This document shows, piece after piece, positions 11,869-21,760 of a stretch of 64,000 nt of DNA (the first letter of the stretch is position 1; each line of letters starts with the position of its first letter). The stretch is from Frankiales bacterium (GTDB lineage Bacteria > Actinomycetota > Actinomycetes > JAFAQI01). The notes beneath the pieces were generated by a model. The model did not search any database and was not told the origin of the DNA. It saw nothing but the letters and a program-made list of their open reading frames with translations. The position numbers and the translations under genes are program-made. Location: the NCBI GenBank assembly GCA_025980465.1, contig JAICXJ010000001.1, positions 65,705 through 129,704 of the forward strand, in the 5' to 3' direction.

Positions 11869-12957
11869 ATGGACTTCTCGTTCTCTGAAGACCAGATCGC
11901 CCTTCAGGCGCTGGCGCATCAGATCCTCACCGAGCAGGCGACCCACGAGCGACTGAAGTCACTCGAGGCCGCCGGTGGATCGGTGTACGACGAGGCGCTG
12001 TGGAAGCAGCTCGCGGGAGCCGGGCTCACCGGCATCGCGGTGCCCGAGGAGTACGGCGGCGCCGGGCTGGGCTTCCTCGACCTCGCTGTCATCTTCGACG
12101 AGGTCGGCCGCACCGTCGCGCCGGTCCCGGCAGTCGCCACGCTGGCGACCGCCTACGTGCTCGCGACGTCAGCGCCTGACTCGGTCGCGGCACTCCTAGC
12201 GGGGGTGGCTGCCGGTGATGTGGTCCTCACGACCGCATTCGGTGAGGTCGCCGATGTGACGGCCCGCAAGGAGGGGGAGGACTGGATCCTCGATGGCGAG
12301 AAGGACTTTGTGCCCTACGGCGGGGTCGCCGACGTCGTCGTCGTACCCGCCTCGACCGAGACGGGCGTCGTCCTTGCATTGCTGCCCAAGGACACCGACG
12401 GCGTCAGCGTCACCGAGCAGCACACCACCAACCACGCCCCGCAGGCCGGGCTCGCGTTCACCGGCGTCCGGCTGCCGTCGAACGCTGTAGTCACGGACGC
12501 CGGCGAGATCGTGGCTGACCTCGAACGTCATCACACGGCGGCACTGTCGGTGGTGGCGGCCGGAGTGTGTACCGCGGCTCTCGCGATGACGGCGAAGCAC
12601 ACCTCCGAGCGGGAGCAGTTCGACAAGAAGATCGCGTCGTTCCAGGCCGTCGGCCAGCGCGCCGCTGACGCCTACATCGACACCGAGATGATCCGGCTGA
12701 CGGCGGTGCAGGCGGCCTGGCGGCTCTCGGAGGGCTGGCCGGCCGAGGAGGAGATCGCCATCGCGAAGTTCTGGGCCGGCGACGGTGGCACCCGCGTGCT
12801 GCACGCATGCCAGCACTTGCATGGCGGTCTCGGGGTCGATCTCGACTACCCGCTGCATCGCTATTTCATCTGGGGCAAGCAGATCGAGCACGAGCTGGGC
12901 ACGCCGCACCGGCAGCTGCTCAAGCTCGGCGCGATGCTCGCCAGTACGCCGGCTTAG
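11869..12957 (+). CDS. acyl-CoA dehydrogenase, FadE27/ChsE5-like beta subunit
   Basis: ACAD C-terminal domain conserved, but the N-terminal FAD-binding motifs are degenerate, as is typical of the non-catalytic partner. Confidence 0.75.
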   Translation: MDFSFSEDQIALQALAHQILTEQATHERLKSLEAAGGSVYDEALWKQLAGAGLTGIAVPEEYGGAGLGFLDLAVIFDEVGRTVAPVPAVATLATAYVLATSAPDSVAALLAGVAAGDVVLTTAFGEVADVTARKEGEDWILDGEKDFVPYGGVADVVVVPASTETGVVLALLPKDTDGVSVTEQHTTNHAPQAGLAFTGVRLPSNAVVTDAGEIVADLERHHTAALSVVAAGVCTAALAMTAKHTSEREQFDKKIASFQAVGQRAADAYIDTEMIRLTAVQAAWRLSEGWPAEEEIAIAKFWAGDGGTRVLHACQHLHGGLGVDLDYPLHRYFIWGKQIEHELGTPHRQLLKLGAMLASTPA

Positions 12958-12967
12958 GAGACGACGC

Positions 12968-14569
12968 GTGGAGTTCAACCTCGGCGACATCTTCGAGTCG
13001 CTGGTCGACGTGGTCGGTGACCGCGAGGCACTGATCTGCGGCGACCGTCGGCTGACCTTCGCCGATCTGGAGGCGCGAGCGAATCGGCTCGCGCACCATC
13101 TCCTGTCGATCGGCGTCCAGCCGGGCAACCACGTCGGCGTCCAGCTCTACAACTGCACCGAGTACGTCGAGACGATGGTTGCCTGCTTCAAGGTGCGGGC
13201 GGTCCCGGTGAACGTCAACTACCGCTACGTCGAGGAAGAGCTGCTGTACCTGTTCAACGACGCCGACCTGGTCGCACTCGTCGTCGACACCGAGTTCACG
13301 CCTCGCATCAACGCGGTCCGCGACAAGGCGCCGAAGCTCGCGGAGATCATCACGGTCGGTGAGGGCGAGCGTCCGGGCGGCGCGATTGACTACGAGGACG
13401 CGCTCGCGGCGCAGTCCGACGCGCGGGAGGGTTTCCCGAGCCGGTCGGCCGACGACCTCTACATCATCTACACCGGCGGCACCACCGGGATGCCGAAGGG
13501 CGTCATGTGGCGGCAGGAAGACATCTTCTTCGCCGGCATGGGCGGCGCCAACCCGACCGGCACACCGGTCTCCCGGCCCGACGAGGTTGCCGAGCTGGCT
13601 CCCGGCCGGCCGGCGATCACGATGTTTCCGGTCGCGCCCCTCATGCACGGGGCGGCACAGCTCGCGACCTGGATCGCGTTCCTGCAGGGATCGAAGGTGG
13701 TCCTGGTCCGCAAGTTCGATCCGATCGACGTGATCGAGACCGCCAACCGCGAGTCGGTCATCTCGATATCGATCGTCGGCGACGCGATGGCCCGCCCGAT
13801 CGCCGAGGCGCTGGAAGGACCGCTACAGGGTGTCGGCCTGCCGAGCGTCTTCGTTCTCAGCTCAGCCGGTGCGATCTTCTCGCAGGCGGTCAAGGACAAG
13901 CTCGCCGAACTCTTGCCCAATGTTGCGCTGATGGACAACTACGGCGCTTCAGAGACGGGGTTCCAGGGCACCGGCAAAGCGGGGTCGAGCCCGGACACCG
14001 GCTTGAAGTTCAGCGTCAACGACCGCACCGCCGTGCTCGACGACGACCTCAAGCCGATCGAGGCGGGATCCGGAAAGGTGGGAAGGGTCGCGCAGCGCGG
14101 CTACGTCCCGCTCGGCTATTACAAGGACGAGGTCAAGACCAAGGAGAGCTTCGTCACTGTCGACGGCGTGCGCTGGGTGTTGCTCGGCGACGCGGCGACG
14201 GTCGAAGAGGACGGCGGTATCGCCGTACTCGGTCGGCACTCGGTCTGCATCAACACCGGCGGGGAGAAGGTCTTTCCCGAGGAGGTCGAGGCCGCGCTCA
14301 AGGCCCACCCGGCGGTCTACGACGCCGTCGTCACCGGCGTCCCGGACGAGCGGTTCGGCGCGAGGGTGACCGCACTGCTGCAGATCCGCAGCGAGCACGT
14401 CGCGCCGAGCCAGGATGAGATCGCGGAGCACTGCAGCACTCGGGTCTCGCGCTACAAGGTGCCGCGACTGGTGTTCACCGTGCCGGAGATTCGGCGCAGC
14501 CCGAGCGGGAAGGCTGACTACCCGTGGGCGGCGAAGGTCGCCAAGGAACTGCTCGAAACCGGGAGCTGA
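12968..14569 (+). CDS. acyl-CoA synthetase (FadD17/FadD19-like steroid-CoA ligase)
   Basis: AMP-binding motif YTGGTTGMPKGV. GTG start at 12968. Position after the fadE26/27-like pair mirrors Mtb fadD17. Confidence 0.8.
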   Translation: MEFNLGDIFESLVDVVGDREALICGDRRLTFADLEARANRLAHHLLSIGVQPGNHVGVQLYNCTEYVETMVACFKVRAVPVNVNYRYVEEELLYLFNDADLVALVVDTEFTPRINAVRDKAPKLAEIITVGEGERPGGAIDYEDALAAQSDAREGFPSRSADDLYIIYTGGTTGMPKGVMWRQEDIFFAGMGGANPTGTPVSRPDEVAELAPGRPAITMFPVAPLMHGAAQLATWIAFLQGSKVVLVRKFDPIDVIETANRESVISISIVGDAMARPIAEALEGPLQGVGLPSVFVLSSAGAIFSQAVKDKLAELLPNVALMDNYGASETGFQGTGKAGSSPDTGLKFSVNDRTAVLDDDLKPIEAGSGKVGRVAQRGYVPLGYYKDEVKTKESFVTVDGVRWVLLGDAATVEEDGGIAVLGRHSVCINTGGEKVFPEEVEAALKAHPAVYDAVVTGVPDERFGARVTALLQIRSEHVAPSQDEIAEHCSTRVSRYKVPRLVFTVPEIRRSPSGKADYPWAAKVAKELLETGS

Positions 14570-14584
14570 GTTGGCAGGCCAGCG

Positions 14585-15190
14585 GTGACGCAGACCGACT
14601 CGAACCGGGAAGCGCCGGCGTCGCAGGTCGCGCGGCGGGAGCGGATCCTTGACGCGGCGGTGGAGCTCGCCAGCGAAGGCGGCTACGACGCGGTCCAAAT
14701 GCGCGAGGTCGCGGAACGCGCTGACGTTGCGCTCGGCACCCTTTACCGCTATTTCCCGTCGAAGGTGCACCTGCTGGTATCCGCATTGGGCCGGACGTTC
14801 GCCGAGTTGCGTGACGGTTTTCAGGGCAACGACGACAACGGTTCTCCCGAGGACCGGGTCTATCGGGTGGTTGCCGGGGTGACCCGGTTCCTCGCCAAGA
14901 ACCGGCGGCTGTCAGGAGCGATGGTGCGGGCGCTGATGAGCGCGGACGTCGAAGCGGCCAGAGATGTCGAGGCGGTCGACGACGTACTGGTTGGCTTCAT
15001 CGCCTCAGCGACCCATGCGCCGGACTCTCCACCGTCCGAAGAGGACATCCTGGTGGCCCACATCATCGGCAAGGTCTGGCTGATCGACGTGGTCACCCTG
15101 CTGTCCGGACGGATGACGGTGTCACAGCTGCTCGAGGATCTCGACGCCACCATCAAGCGGGTGATGTCCGCAAGCGGTTCCGCCGGCTGA
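14585..15190 (+). CDS. kstR: TetR-family repressor KstR
   Basis: ILDAA..GGYDAVQMREVAERADVALGTLYRYFPSKVHLLVSALGR is near-identical to the KstR (Rv3574) HTH region. Confidence 0.9.
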   Translation: MTQTDSNREAPASQVARRERILDAAVELASEGGYDAVQMREVAERADVALGTLYRYFPSKVHLLVSALGRTFAELRDGFQGNDDNGSPEDRVYRVVAGVTRFLAKNRRLSGAMVRALMSADVEAARDVEAVDDVLVGFIASATHAPDSPPSEEDILVAHIIGKVWLIDVVTLLSGRMTVSQLLEDLDATIKRVMSASGSAG

Positions 15191-15238
15191 TCCCCTTGCG
15201 CCCTCGCGCGGCGGGCCTGGCAGTGGTGGGATGGGCGG

Positions 15239-15982
15239 GTGGCGATGAGCGTGCCTGCCCGGCCCGGCAATGAGGTCGCCCGCGCGGTGTTCGCCGGGCT
15301 GCCCGATCGCTACGACCGGCTCGCCGCGCTGCTGTCGTTGGGACAGGACCGTCGGTGGCGCAGAGAACTGGTACGCCGGATCGCAACTGCCGGCCCGCAG
15401 TCGGTGCTCGACGTGGCGACCGGCCCGGCCGGGATAGCGATCGCGGTGACCCGCTCCACCGGCGCCGCCGTCGTCGGCGTCGATCTCAACGAGCCGATGC
15501 TGCGGGAAGGGCTCGCGAACGTCCGGCGGAGCGACCTGACCGGACGGGTACGGCTGGCGGTCGCTGCCGGCGAGCGATTGCCGTTTCGCGACGGCGCGTT
15601 CGACGCGGTGTGCTTCTCCTACCTGCTCCGCTACGTCGACGACCCCGCTGCCACGGTCAGCGAGCTCACCCGATGCCTTCGGCCCGGCGGAGTGCTGGGC
15701 TGCCTGGAGTTCCACGTGCCACCGATGTGGTGGTGGCGCTGGCTGTGGCGGCTCTACACCCGCGTTGTGCTGCCGAGCCTCGGCGCGCTGACCGGCGGCC
15801 GCGCGTGGTACCGCGTCGGGCGCTTCCTCGGCCCGAGCATCGACGGGTTCTACGCGCGCCTTCCGATCGAGGCGCAGGCAGCGATGTGGCACCGTGCCGG
15901 GTTGGTTGATGTCGAGTGGCGGGTGATGAGCCTCGGCGGGGGCGTGGTGATGTGGGGCCGCCGGGCGCTGAGCGAGCCGTGA
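15239..15982 (+). CDS. class I SAM-dependent methyltransferase, UbiE/MenG-like
   Basis: LDVATGPAG motif I and UbiE-like length. GTG start. Confidence 0.7.
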   Translation: MAMSVPARPGNEVARAVFAGLPDRYDRLAALLSLGQDRRWRRELVRRIATAGPQSVLDVATGPAGIAIAVTRSTGAAVVGVDLNEPMLREGLANVRRSDLTGRVRLAVAAGERLPFRDGAFDAVCFSYLLRYVDDPAATVSELTRCLRPGGVLGCLEFHVPPMWWWRWLWRLYTRVVLPSLGALTGGRAWYRVGRFLGPSIDGFYARLPIEAQAAMWHRAGLVDVEWRVMSLGGGVVMWGRRALSEP

Positions 15983-16707
15983 CCGGCACTGCCGAGCGGC
16001 CTGCCTTCTACGCCACCGGCCGCGGCACTGGCGGGCTGCGCGATTGGATCACGCTGCTGCACCCGCCGTACACGATGTGGCACCTGTCCTACGTAGCGAT
16101 CGGCGCCGCGCTCGTCTCGCACCCGTCGCTGTTTCGGCTTGCCGGAACCCTCGTCGCGTTTCTGCTCGCCGTCGGGGTCGGGGCGCATGCGCTCGATGAG
16201 TTGAACGGTCATCCGTTGCGAACCGGAATCTCCGCGCCGCTTCTGCTGACGGCCGCGATCGTCAGCGTCGCCACTGCGGTGATCGCCGGTCTGGTCGTCG
16301 GCGGCTGGCGGCTGCTGCCGTTCGTCGTCGTTGGTGCGGCCCTCGTGACGTCCTACAACCTCGAGCTATTTGGCGGCATCGTGCACACCACGGCAGGTTT
16401 CGCGGCTGCGTGGGGTGCGTTTCCGGTGCTGACCGGTTACTACGCACAACACTGGACGCTTGCGCCGTCGGCCGGCCTCGCCGCGGCCGCGGCGGTCCTG
16501 CTGTCATGGGGGCAGCGAGCGCTGAGCACGCCGGTTCGCCAACTGCGCCGGCACACCCGCTCCGCCTCAGCCCACGTCGTTCGCGACGACGGCGCGGAGC
16601 TCCAGCTCGACCGGGCGCAACTGATCCGGCCGTTCGAGGTCGCGTTGCACTCCTTTGCCTGGGCGCTCGCCCTGCTGGCGGCCGCGCTGGTCGTCGCACG
16701 GACATGA
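15979..16707 (+). CDS. integral membrane protein (multi-TM, function unknown)
   Basis: Hydrophobic throughout. GTGA overlap with the methyltransferase and ATGA-type overlap with the reductase. Confidence 0.5.
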   Translation: MTGTAERPAFYATGRGTGGLRDWITLLHPPYTMWHLSYVAIGAALVSHPSLFRLAGTLVAFLLAVGVGAHALDELNGHPLRTGISAPLLLTAAIVSVATAVIAGLVVGGWRLLPFVVVGAALVTSYNLELFGGIVHTTAGFAAAWGAFPVLTGYYAQHWTLAPSAGLAAAAAVLLSWGQRALSTPVRQLRRHTRSASAHVVRDDGAELQLDRAQLIRPFEVALHSFAWALALLAAALVVART

Positions 16708-17948
16708 CGGCGACCTACGACGTCGCGGTCGTCGGCGCCGGTCCGGCTGGCAGCTCGGCGGCGCTCGTGCTCGCCCGCGCCGGCGCTCGGGTGGCGTTGC
16801 TGGACAAGGCGAGCTTCCCCCGCGACAAGGCATGCGGCGACCTGCTCGGGCCGCGAGGAGTGCGGCTGCTCGCTGACCTCGACGTCAAGGTCCGGGACGC
16901 CGGCAGCGGCAGCGACATGCTGGTACAGGGACCCAGTGGCGGGCGGCTGCGGCTACCGGCGTACCCGGGACTCACCTACGCCGATCACGGGGTGATCGTG
17001 CCCCGCACCCGGTTCGACGCCGATCTGCGCGAGGCTGCGCTTGAAGCCGGCGCGGAGCCGATCATCGGTCGGGTCACCCGAGTCTCCGGCAACGTGGCTG
17101 ACCGTCCGGTGGAGCTGGACACCTCGGCCGGACGACGGATCACCGCTGCGTTGGTGGTCGGCGCGGACGGCGCGCTCAGCACCGTCGGCAAGTCGTGCGG
17201 GCTCGTCGATGACGGCAACGTGCTGTGGGGATTCGCGCTTCGTGGCTACGTCACCGCCGACGTACCGATCCCGCTGATCGCGCTGCTCGACCAGCGACCG
17301 GGCGTCATCTTCCCGGGCTACGGCTGGCTGTTTCCCGGCGATGCCGGCTGCGCCAACGTCGGCATCGGGGTGGGAACCGGCCATGGTCGCAACGTCCCGC
17401 CGCTGCGGCCCGCGCTCGCCGCCTTCGTAGACCGGCTGCGTACGACTGGCGATCTCGAGACGGCTGAGGTCGGGCGGCTGACCGGCGGCTGGCTGAAGAT
17501 GGGGTTGGTCGGGACTGTCCCGGCCCGGAACCGAGTGCTCCTGGTCGGAGACGCGGCCGGCCTGGTCAACCCGCTGCAGGGCGAAGGCATCGCGCCGGCG
17601 ATCACCAGCGGTGTCCTCGCTGCCCGCGCGATCCTCGATGCTCCAGCGGCCGCGGCCGAGGTGTATCGAGCCGCCCTGAGCGACACCTACCGCCGGTTCG
17701 CGGCGTTCGCTGCCCCGCTGCAAGCGACGCTCCTCAACCACCCGCGGCTGACCTCGGTAGGCGTTCGAGCGCTCACCACCCGGCCGTTGCGGTTCGTGGG
17801 CGGCACTTGGTCGCTGCTGTGGAACGATCTCGTTGACGGCGCGACACCGCGCCCCGCCCGCACCGCGGCGCGGATCCTCACCTCGGCTGCCGCCCGGGTC
17901 AGCGCGCGCAGCGTGAGCGCCCAGATTCTGGAACGGTCGCTGCGCTAG
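16704..17948 (+). CDS. FAD-dependent geranylgeranyl-reductase-family oxidoreductase (MenJ-like menaquinone reductase)
   Basis: VAVVGAGPAGSSAAL dinucleotide-binding motif and a GG-reductase-family architecture. Confidence 0.75.
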   Translation: MTATYDVAVVGAGPAGSSAALVLARAGARVALLDKASFPRDKACGDLLGPRGVRLLADLDVKVRDAGSGSDMLVQGPSGGRLRLPAYPGLTYADHGVIVPRTRFDADLREAALEAGAEPIIGRVTRVSGNVADRPVELDTSAGRRITAALVVGADGALSTVGKSCGLVDDGNVLWGFALRGYVTADVPIPLIALLDQRPGVIFPGYGWLFPGDAGCANVGIGVGTGHGRNVPPLRPALAAFVDRLRTTGDLETAEVGRLTGGWLKMGLVGTVPARNRVLLVGDAAGLVNPLQGEGIAPAITSGVLAARAILDAPAAAAEVYRAALSDTYRRFAAFAAPLQATLLNHPRLTSVGVRALTTRPLRFVGGTWSLLWNDLVDGATPRPARTAARILTSAAARVSARSVSAQILERSLR

Positions 17949-19201
17949 GACAGGCTGATCGCGGCGGCGGCCGACTCCCACTGCACTGCCTTGAGGAACC
18001 GCTCGACGCCGCGGATCACGTGCGCGCCACGCACCGATGCGAAGACGTCGAAGGCGTGCTGACCGCCGGGAAGCTCGGCGTACACGACGTGCGCCTTGCT
18101 CTTCTCACGTAGCAGCCGGTTGAGCTCCCGCGCCTCGTCGACGTTGATCAGCGAGTCGTGGGAGCCGTGAATGAGGAAGAACGGCGGGGCATCCTCGCGC
18201 ACCAAGGTGAGCGGTGAGGCGGAACGGGCGACCTCGCGGTCGGCGGTCTTGAACAGCACCGGCCGCAGGAATTGGCGGTACTCGCGCTCGCCGGTCTTGG
18301 TGTCGAGGACGTTCGCCATGTCGTAGGCGCCGTAGAACGGAACGCACGCCGCCACCGAGGTGTCTACGTCCTCGAATCCGGGCTGGTACTGCGGGTCGTT
18401 GGCGGTGAGACCGACCATTGCGGCGAGGTGGCCGCCTGCCGATCCGCCGGTCACCGCGATGAAGTGGGGGTCACCGCCGTACTCGGCGATGTTCTCGCGG
18501 ATCCACTTCATCGCCTGTTTGCAGGCGATCAGCTGGGCCGGCCACGGCGACCTGGGCGCGAGCGGATAGTTGATGGCGACGCAGATCCAGCCGCGCGCCG
18601 CGAGGTGGTTCATCAGCGGGATGCCCTGGTCCTCCTTGCGGCCGAGGATCCAGGCACCGCCGTGGATCTGAAGCAGCACCGGCAGCTTCTCGCCGCCCTC
18701 GCGGGGGAGCACGATGTCGAGCTTCTGGCGGCGAGAAGCTCTCTCACCGCCGGTATAGACGATGTTGCGGATCCGCTTCACCTCAGGATGGGTGAGCTTC
18801 CAGGGCTGCAGCACCTGCCGCCATGGAGTGGTGAGGTCGGCCTTGGTCGGCGCCGGGTCGAGGTGAGCGAGGTAGTCCGACCCGAGCCCGTCGGCGAGGG
18901 CGTCCTCGATGACCTTCCGCACCCGCAGGCTCTGCCCGATCAGGCCGATCAGGCCGGCCGCGGTGAAGGCGTTCAGGCCCAGCGCGAGCGTGTCGTCGCG
19001 GCTGAACCGGCCTCGCTTCGCGGCGACCAGCGCTCCGCTCGTCGCCGCGGTCAGCGCCAGGCTCTGGGGGGCGGTCTCCGTTGTCGCCCAGCTCGCGAAG
19101 AAGCTGGGGATCGCAAACGGATTGGAGTTGGGGAACGGACGCCACGCGTTGAGCGTGAGCGCGGCGCCGATCGTCGAGAGCTGGCGAAATCGCTTCCCCA
19201 T
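17945..19201 (-). CDS. alpha/beta-hydrolase esterase/lipase (HSL family) with N-terminal membrane region
   Basis: HGGAW oxyanion motif and GGSAGG nucleophile elbow. Confidence 0.8.
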   Translation of the reverse strand: MGKRFRQLSTIGAALTLNAWRPFPNSNPFAIPSFFASWATTETAPQSLALTAATSGALVAAKRGRFSRDDTLALGLNAFTAAGLIGLIGQSLRVRKVIEDALADGLGSDYLAHLDPAPTKADLTTPWRQVLQPWKLTHPEVKRIRNIVYTGGERASRRQKLDIVLPREGGEKLPVLLQIHGGAWILGRKEDQGIPLMNHLAARGWICVAINYPLAPRSPWPAQLIACKQAMKWIRENIAEYGGDPHFIAVTGGSAGGHLAAMVGLTANDPQYQPGFEDVDTSVAACVPFYGAYDMANVLDTKTGEREYRQFLRPVLFKTADREVARSASPLTLVREDAPPFFLIHGSHDSLINVDEARELNRLLREKSKAHVVYAELPGGQHAFDVFASVRGAHVIRGVERFLKAVQWESAAAAISLS

Positions 19202-19244
19202 GGAAATAGTTTGCCACCCCTGCGGGCGCCCCTCATCAGGGCAT

Positions 19245-19259
19245 CTGACGCGGCGTCAG
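19245..19259. promoter_or_regulatory. Palindromic operator CTGACGCgGCGTCAG (copy 3)
   Basis: Perfect 7-1-7 inverted repeat in the divergent hydrolase/WS-DGAT intergenic region. Confidence 0.55.
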
Positions 19260-19281
19260 AATCGCCGTAGGATCCGCGGTT

Positions 19282-20757
19282 ATGCAGCGACTGGGTGGCT
19301 TGGACTCCGCATTCCTGTATTTCGAGACCCCGACGATGCACATGCATGTCGGCGGTCTGATGCTGGTCGACCCATCGACCGCGCCTAAGCCGTACTCCTT
19401 CGCCGACTATCGCGATTACGTTGCACGACGGCTGCCGCGGGTGCCGGCGTTTCGCCGCAAGCTGGCGACCGTCCCGCTGAACCTCGGAAAGCCGGCGTGG
19501 GTCGAGGACCCCGACTTCGACCTCGACTACCACCTGCATCGGATCACGGTGCCCGCACCGGGTGGTGACCGGGAGACCGCCGACGTCGTCGGCGACATCC
19601 TGTCGCGGCAGATGGACCGAAGCCGGCCGCTGTGGGAGATGTGGGTTGTCGAGGGCCGCGCGGACGGTCTGATCGGCGTCGTCAGCAAGGTGCATCACTC
19701 GTCGATCGACGGCATCACCGGCGCCAACATGATGGCCGAGCTGTTCGACTTCGAGGCTGACGTCGAGAGCGCATCGCCAGCGACGGATGGTTGGGAACCA
19801 GAGCGCAAACCGAGCGACCTGGAAATGGTCGGCCGGGCCTTGGTCGACTGGGCGAAGCGGCCGGCCAGCATCGTGAAGCTGATGCCGGGCACCGTGATGA
19901 GCGTCGGCAAGCTTGCCAACCGCCGGGGTCGCGGCGCCCCGGGAATGCCGGCGCCGTTCAGAGCTCCTCGTACGTCGTTCAACGCGACGGTCACCGCGCA
20001 TCGCACCGTCGCTTACACCGACGTGAAGCTCGACGACATCAAGACGATCAAGAATGTGTTCGGGGTGAAGGTCAACGACGTCGTGATGGCCGTCTGTTCC
20101 GGCGCGCTTCGGAAATACCTCAGCGCTCGCGACGAGCTGCCGGACCGCTCGCTCATCGCCGCGATCCCGATCTCGGTGCACGACCGGAGCGAGGGTGTCG
20201 AGGGCACGACGAAGGTCTCGATCATGTTCTCGTCACTCGCCAGTGACATCGACGATGCGGGGGAGCGGTTGCGCTACATCGCCGAGGTCAACGAGGGCGC
20301 GAAAGAGGACCACGAGCTGGTCGGCGCCAACATGCTGCAGGACTGGGCCGAGCACGCCGCGCCCAACACGTTCTCGCTTGCGGCCCGGATGTATTCCAGC
20401 CTGCGCCTGGCCAATCGCCACCCGGTGGTGCACAACCTGGTCATCTCCAACATCCCTGGGCCGCCGATCCCGTTGTACTTCAACGGCGCGAAGCTGAAGG
20501 TGCTGCACCCGCTCGGTCCGGTGATGGACGGCGCCGGGCTCAACGTCACGGTGCTGTCCAACATGGACTCGATCGGCTTCGGATTCATCGCCTGCAAGGA
20601 GCTCATGCCCGAGCTATGGGATCTCGCCGAGGCCATTCCCGGCGCCGTGGACGAGCTACTTGCGGCGGCGAAGCAGGAAACCGCGCCGAAGCAGAGCACT
20701 AAGAAGCCTGCTGCCTCGACGAAGGCGAGCGCCGCTGCCGCTCGATCCGGCGGCTGA
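19282..20757 (+). CDS. wax-ester synthase / diacylglycerol acyltransferase (WS/DGAT, Tgs)
   Basis: HHSSIDG active-site motif and N-terminal LDSAFLYFE. Confidence 0.85.
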   Translation: MQRLGGLDSAFLYFETPTMHMHVGGLMLVDPSTAPKPYSFADYRDYVARRLPRVPAFRRKLATVPLNLGKPAWVEDPDFDLDYHLHRITVPAPGGDRETADVVGDILSRQMDRSRPLWEMWVVEGRADGLIGVVSKVHHSSIDGITGANMMAELFDFEADVESASPATDGWEPERKPSDLEMVGRALVDWAKRPASIVKLMPGTVMSVGKLANRRGRGAPGMPAPFRAPRTSFNATVTAHRTVAYTDVKLDDIKTIKNVFGVKVNDVVMAVCSGALRKYLSARDELPDRSLIAAIPISVHDRSEGVEGTTKVSIMFSSLASDIDDAGERLRYIAEVNEGAKEDHELVGANMLQDWAEHAAPNTFSLAARMYSSLRLANRHPVVHNLVISNIPGPPIPLYFNGAKLKVLHPLGPVMDGAGLNVTVLSNMDSIGFGFIACKELMPELWDLAEAIPGAVDELLAAAKQETAPKQSTKKPAASTKASAAAARSGG

Positions 20758-21649
20758 CCGACGAGCACGCTTCGAGTAGCACCGGGACGAACTCTTCCGC
20801 GCCGAGCACCAATGCCGCGTGGTGGCCGTCGACCTCGTAGCAGACCGCGCCGGGGATCGCCTCAGCCAGTGCGTGCTGGCGGCGGGTCGGAATGAACCGG
20901 TCGCGGGTCGCGACGATGACCGACGTGGGGACGTCCACCCGGCGGATCCAGGCCGACGAGTCGAACTTGCCGACCGCGTCGATCGCGGCGAGCAGCGACC
21001 ACATGCTGGTGCTGCGGAACTCCGCCATTGCCCAGGGCCCCACCGCCGCGAGGTCCGCGGTCAGCGCCGCCGGGGTGTCGGCCAACCGCGCCGCGAGCCT
21101 CTCCATGCCACTTCGGGCACGGTCGCCGAAGCGCGCCATCGCCGCATTCGTCAGCAGGAACCACAGCCGCTCGGCCGGCTTGCCGCGGTAGTTGCGGGCG
21201 GTTGCGGCGAGCACCAGGCCCTCGACCCGTTCGCGATGGCGGCGCCACACGAGCTGCGCGATCGCGCCGCCCATCGAATAGCCAACGACGGTGAACGTCT
21301 CGACCCCGAGCGCGTCGGCGACGGCGACCACGTCGTCGGCGCAGTCCTCGAGGGAGAACTGGTCGGATTTGATGCCGCGGCCGTGCCAGCGTTGATCGAA
21401 GGTGATGACCCGGTAGCGCTCGGCCAGGGCCGGCATCGAGGGGTACCAGGACAGCGCCGCGGTCGTCGCGAGCGCGTGCACCAGGATCAGCGTCGGCGCG
21501 CCCGGCGGCCCGGGCAGGTCGATCACGCAAGTGCGGCCTCGCTCGCCGAGGTCCACCGGCACGCCGGGCGCGAGGTCGAACGGTCGGGCAGCCTTCGCGA
21601 ACCGACCCAGAGCCCGTCCCACGGACGGCGAGATGCTAGCCATCAGCAA
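20699..21649 (-). CDS. alpha/beta hydrolase
   Basis: GYSMGG nucleophile elbow. The 3' end overlaps the tgs 3' end by about 58 bp (convergent). Confidence 0.75.
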   Translation of the reverse strand: MLMASISPSVGRALGRFAKAARPFDLAPGVPVDLGERGRTCVIDLPGPPGAPTLILVHALATTAALSWYPSMPALAERYRVITFDQRWHGRGIKSDQFSLEDCADDVVAVADALGVETFTVVGYSMGGAIAQLVWRRHRERVEGLVLAATARNYRGKPAERLWFLLTNAAMARFGDRARSGMERLAARLADTPAALTADLAAVGPWAMAEFRSTSMWSLLAAIDAVGKFDSSAWIRRVDVPTSVIVATRDRFIPTRRQHALAEAIPGAVCYEVDGHHAALVLGAEEFVPVLLEACSSVSRRIERQRRSPSSRQQAS

Positions 21650-21659
21650 GCACGGTACC

Positions 21660-21674
21660 CTGACGGCCCGTCAG
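21660..21674. promoter_or_regulatory. Palindromic operator CTGACGGcCCGTCAG (copy 4; identical to copy 1)
   Basis: Lies 11 bp upstream of the hydrolase start, in the divergent region shared with the fadE34-like gene. Confidence 0.6.
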
Positions 21675-21736
21675 AAACAGTGACCGGCACTGCGACGCGC
21701 AGGCGTGGGGATCGACGGTCGGGCCTGTCGCAAAAC

Positions 21737-21750
21737 TGGAACATGTTCTA
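21737..21750. promoter_or_regulatory. KstR operator TGGAACATGTTCTA
   Basis: Perfect match to TnnAACnnGTTnnA, 11 bp upstream of the fadE34-like start. Confidence 0.7.
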
Positions 21751-21760
21751 GTATTTCGGG

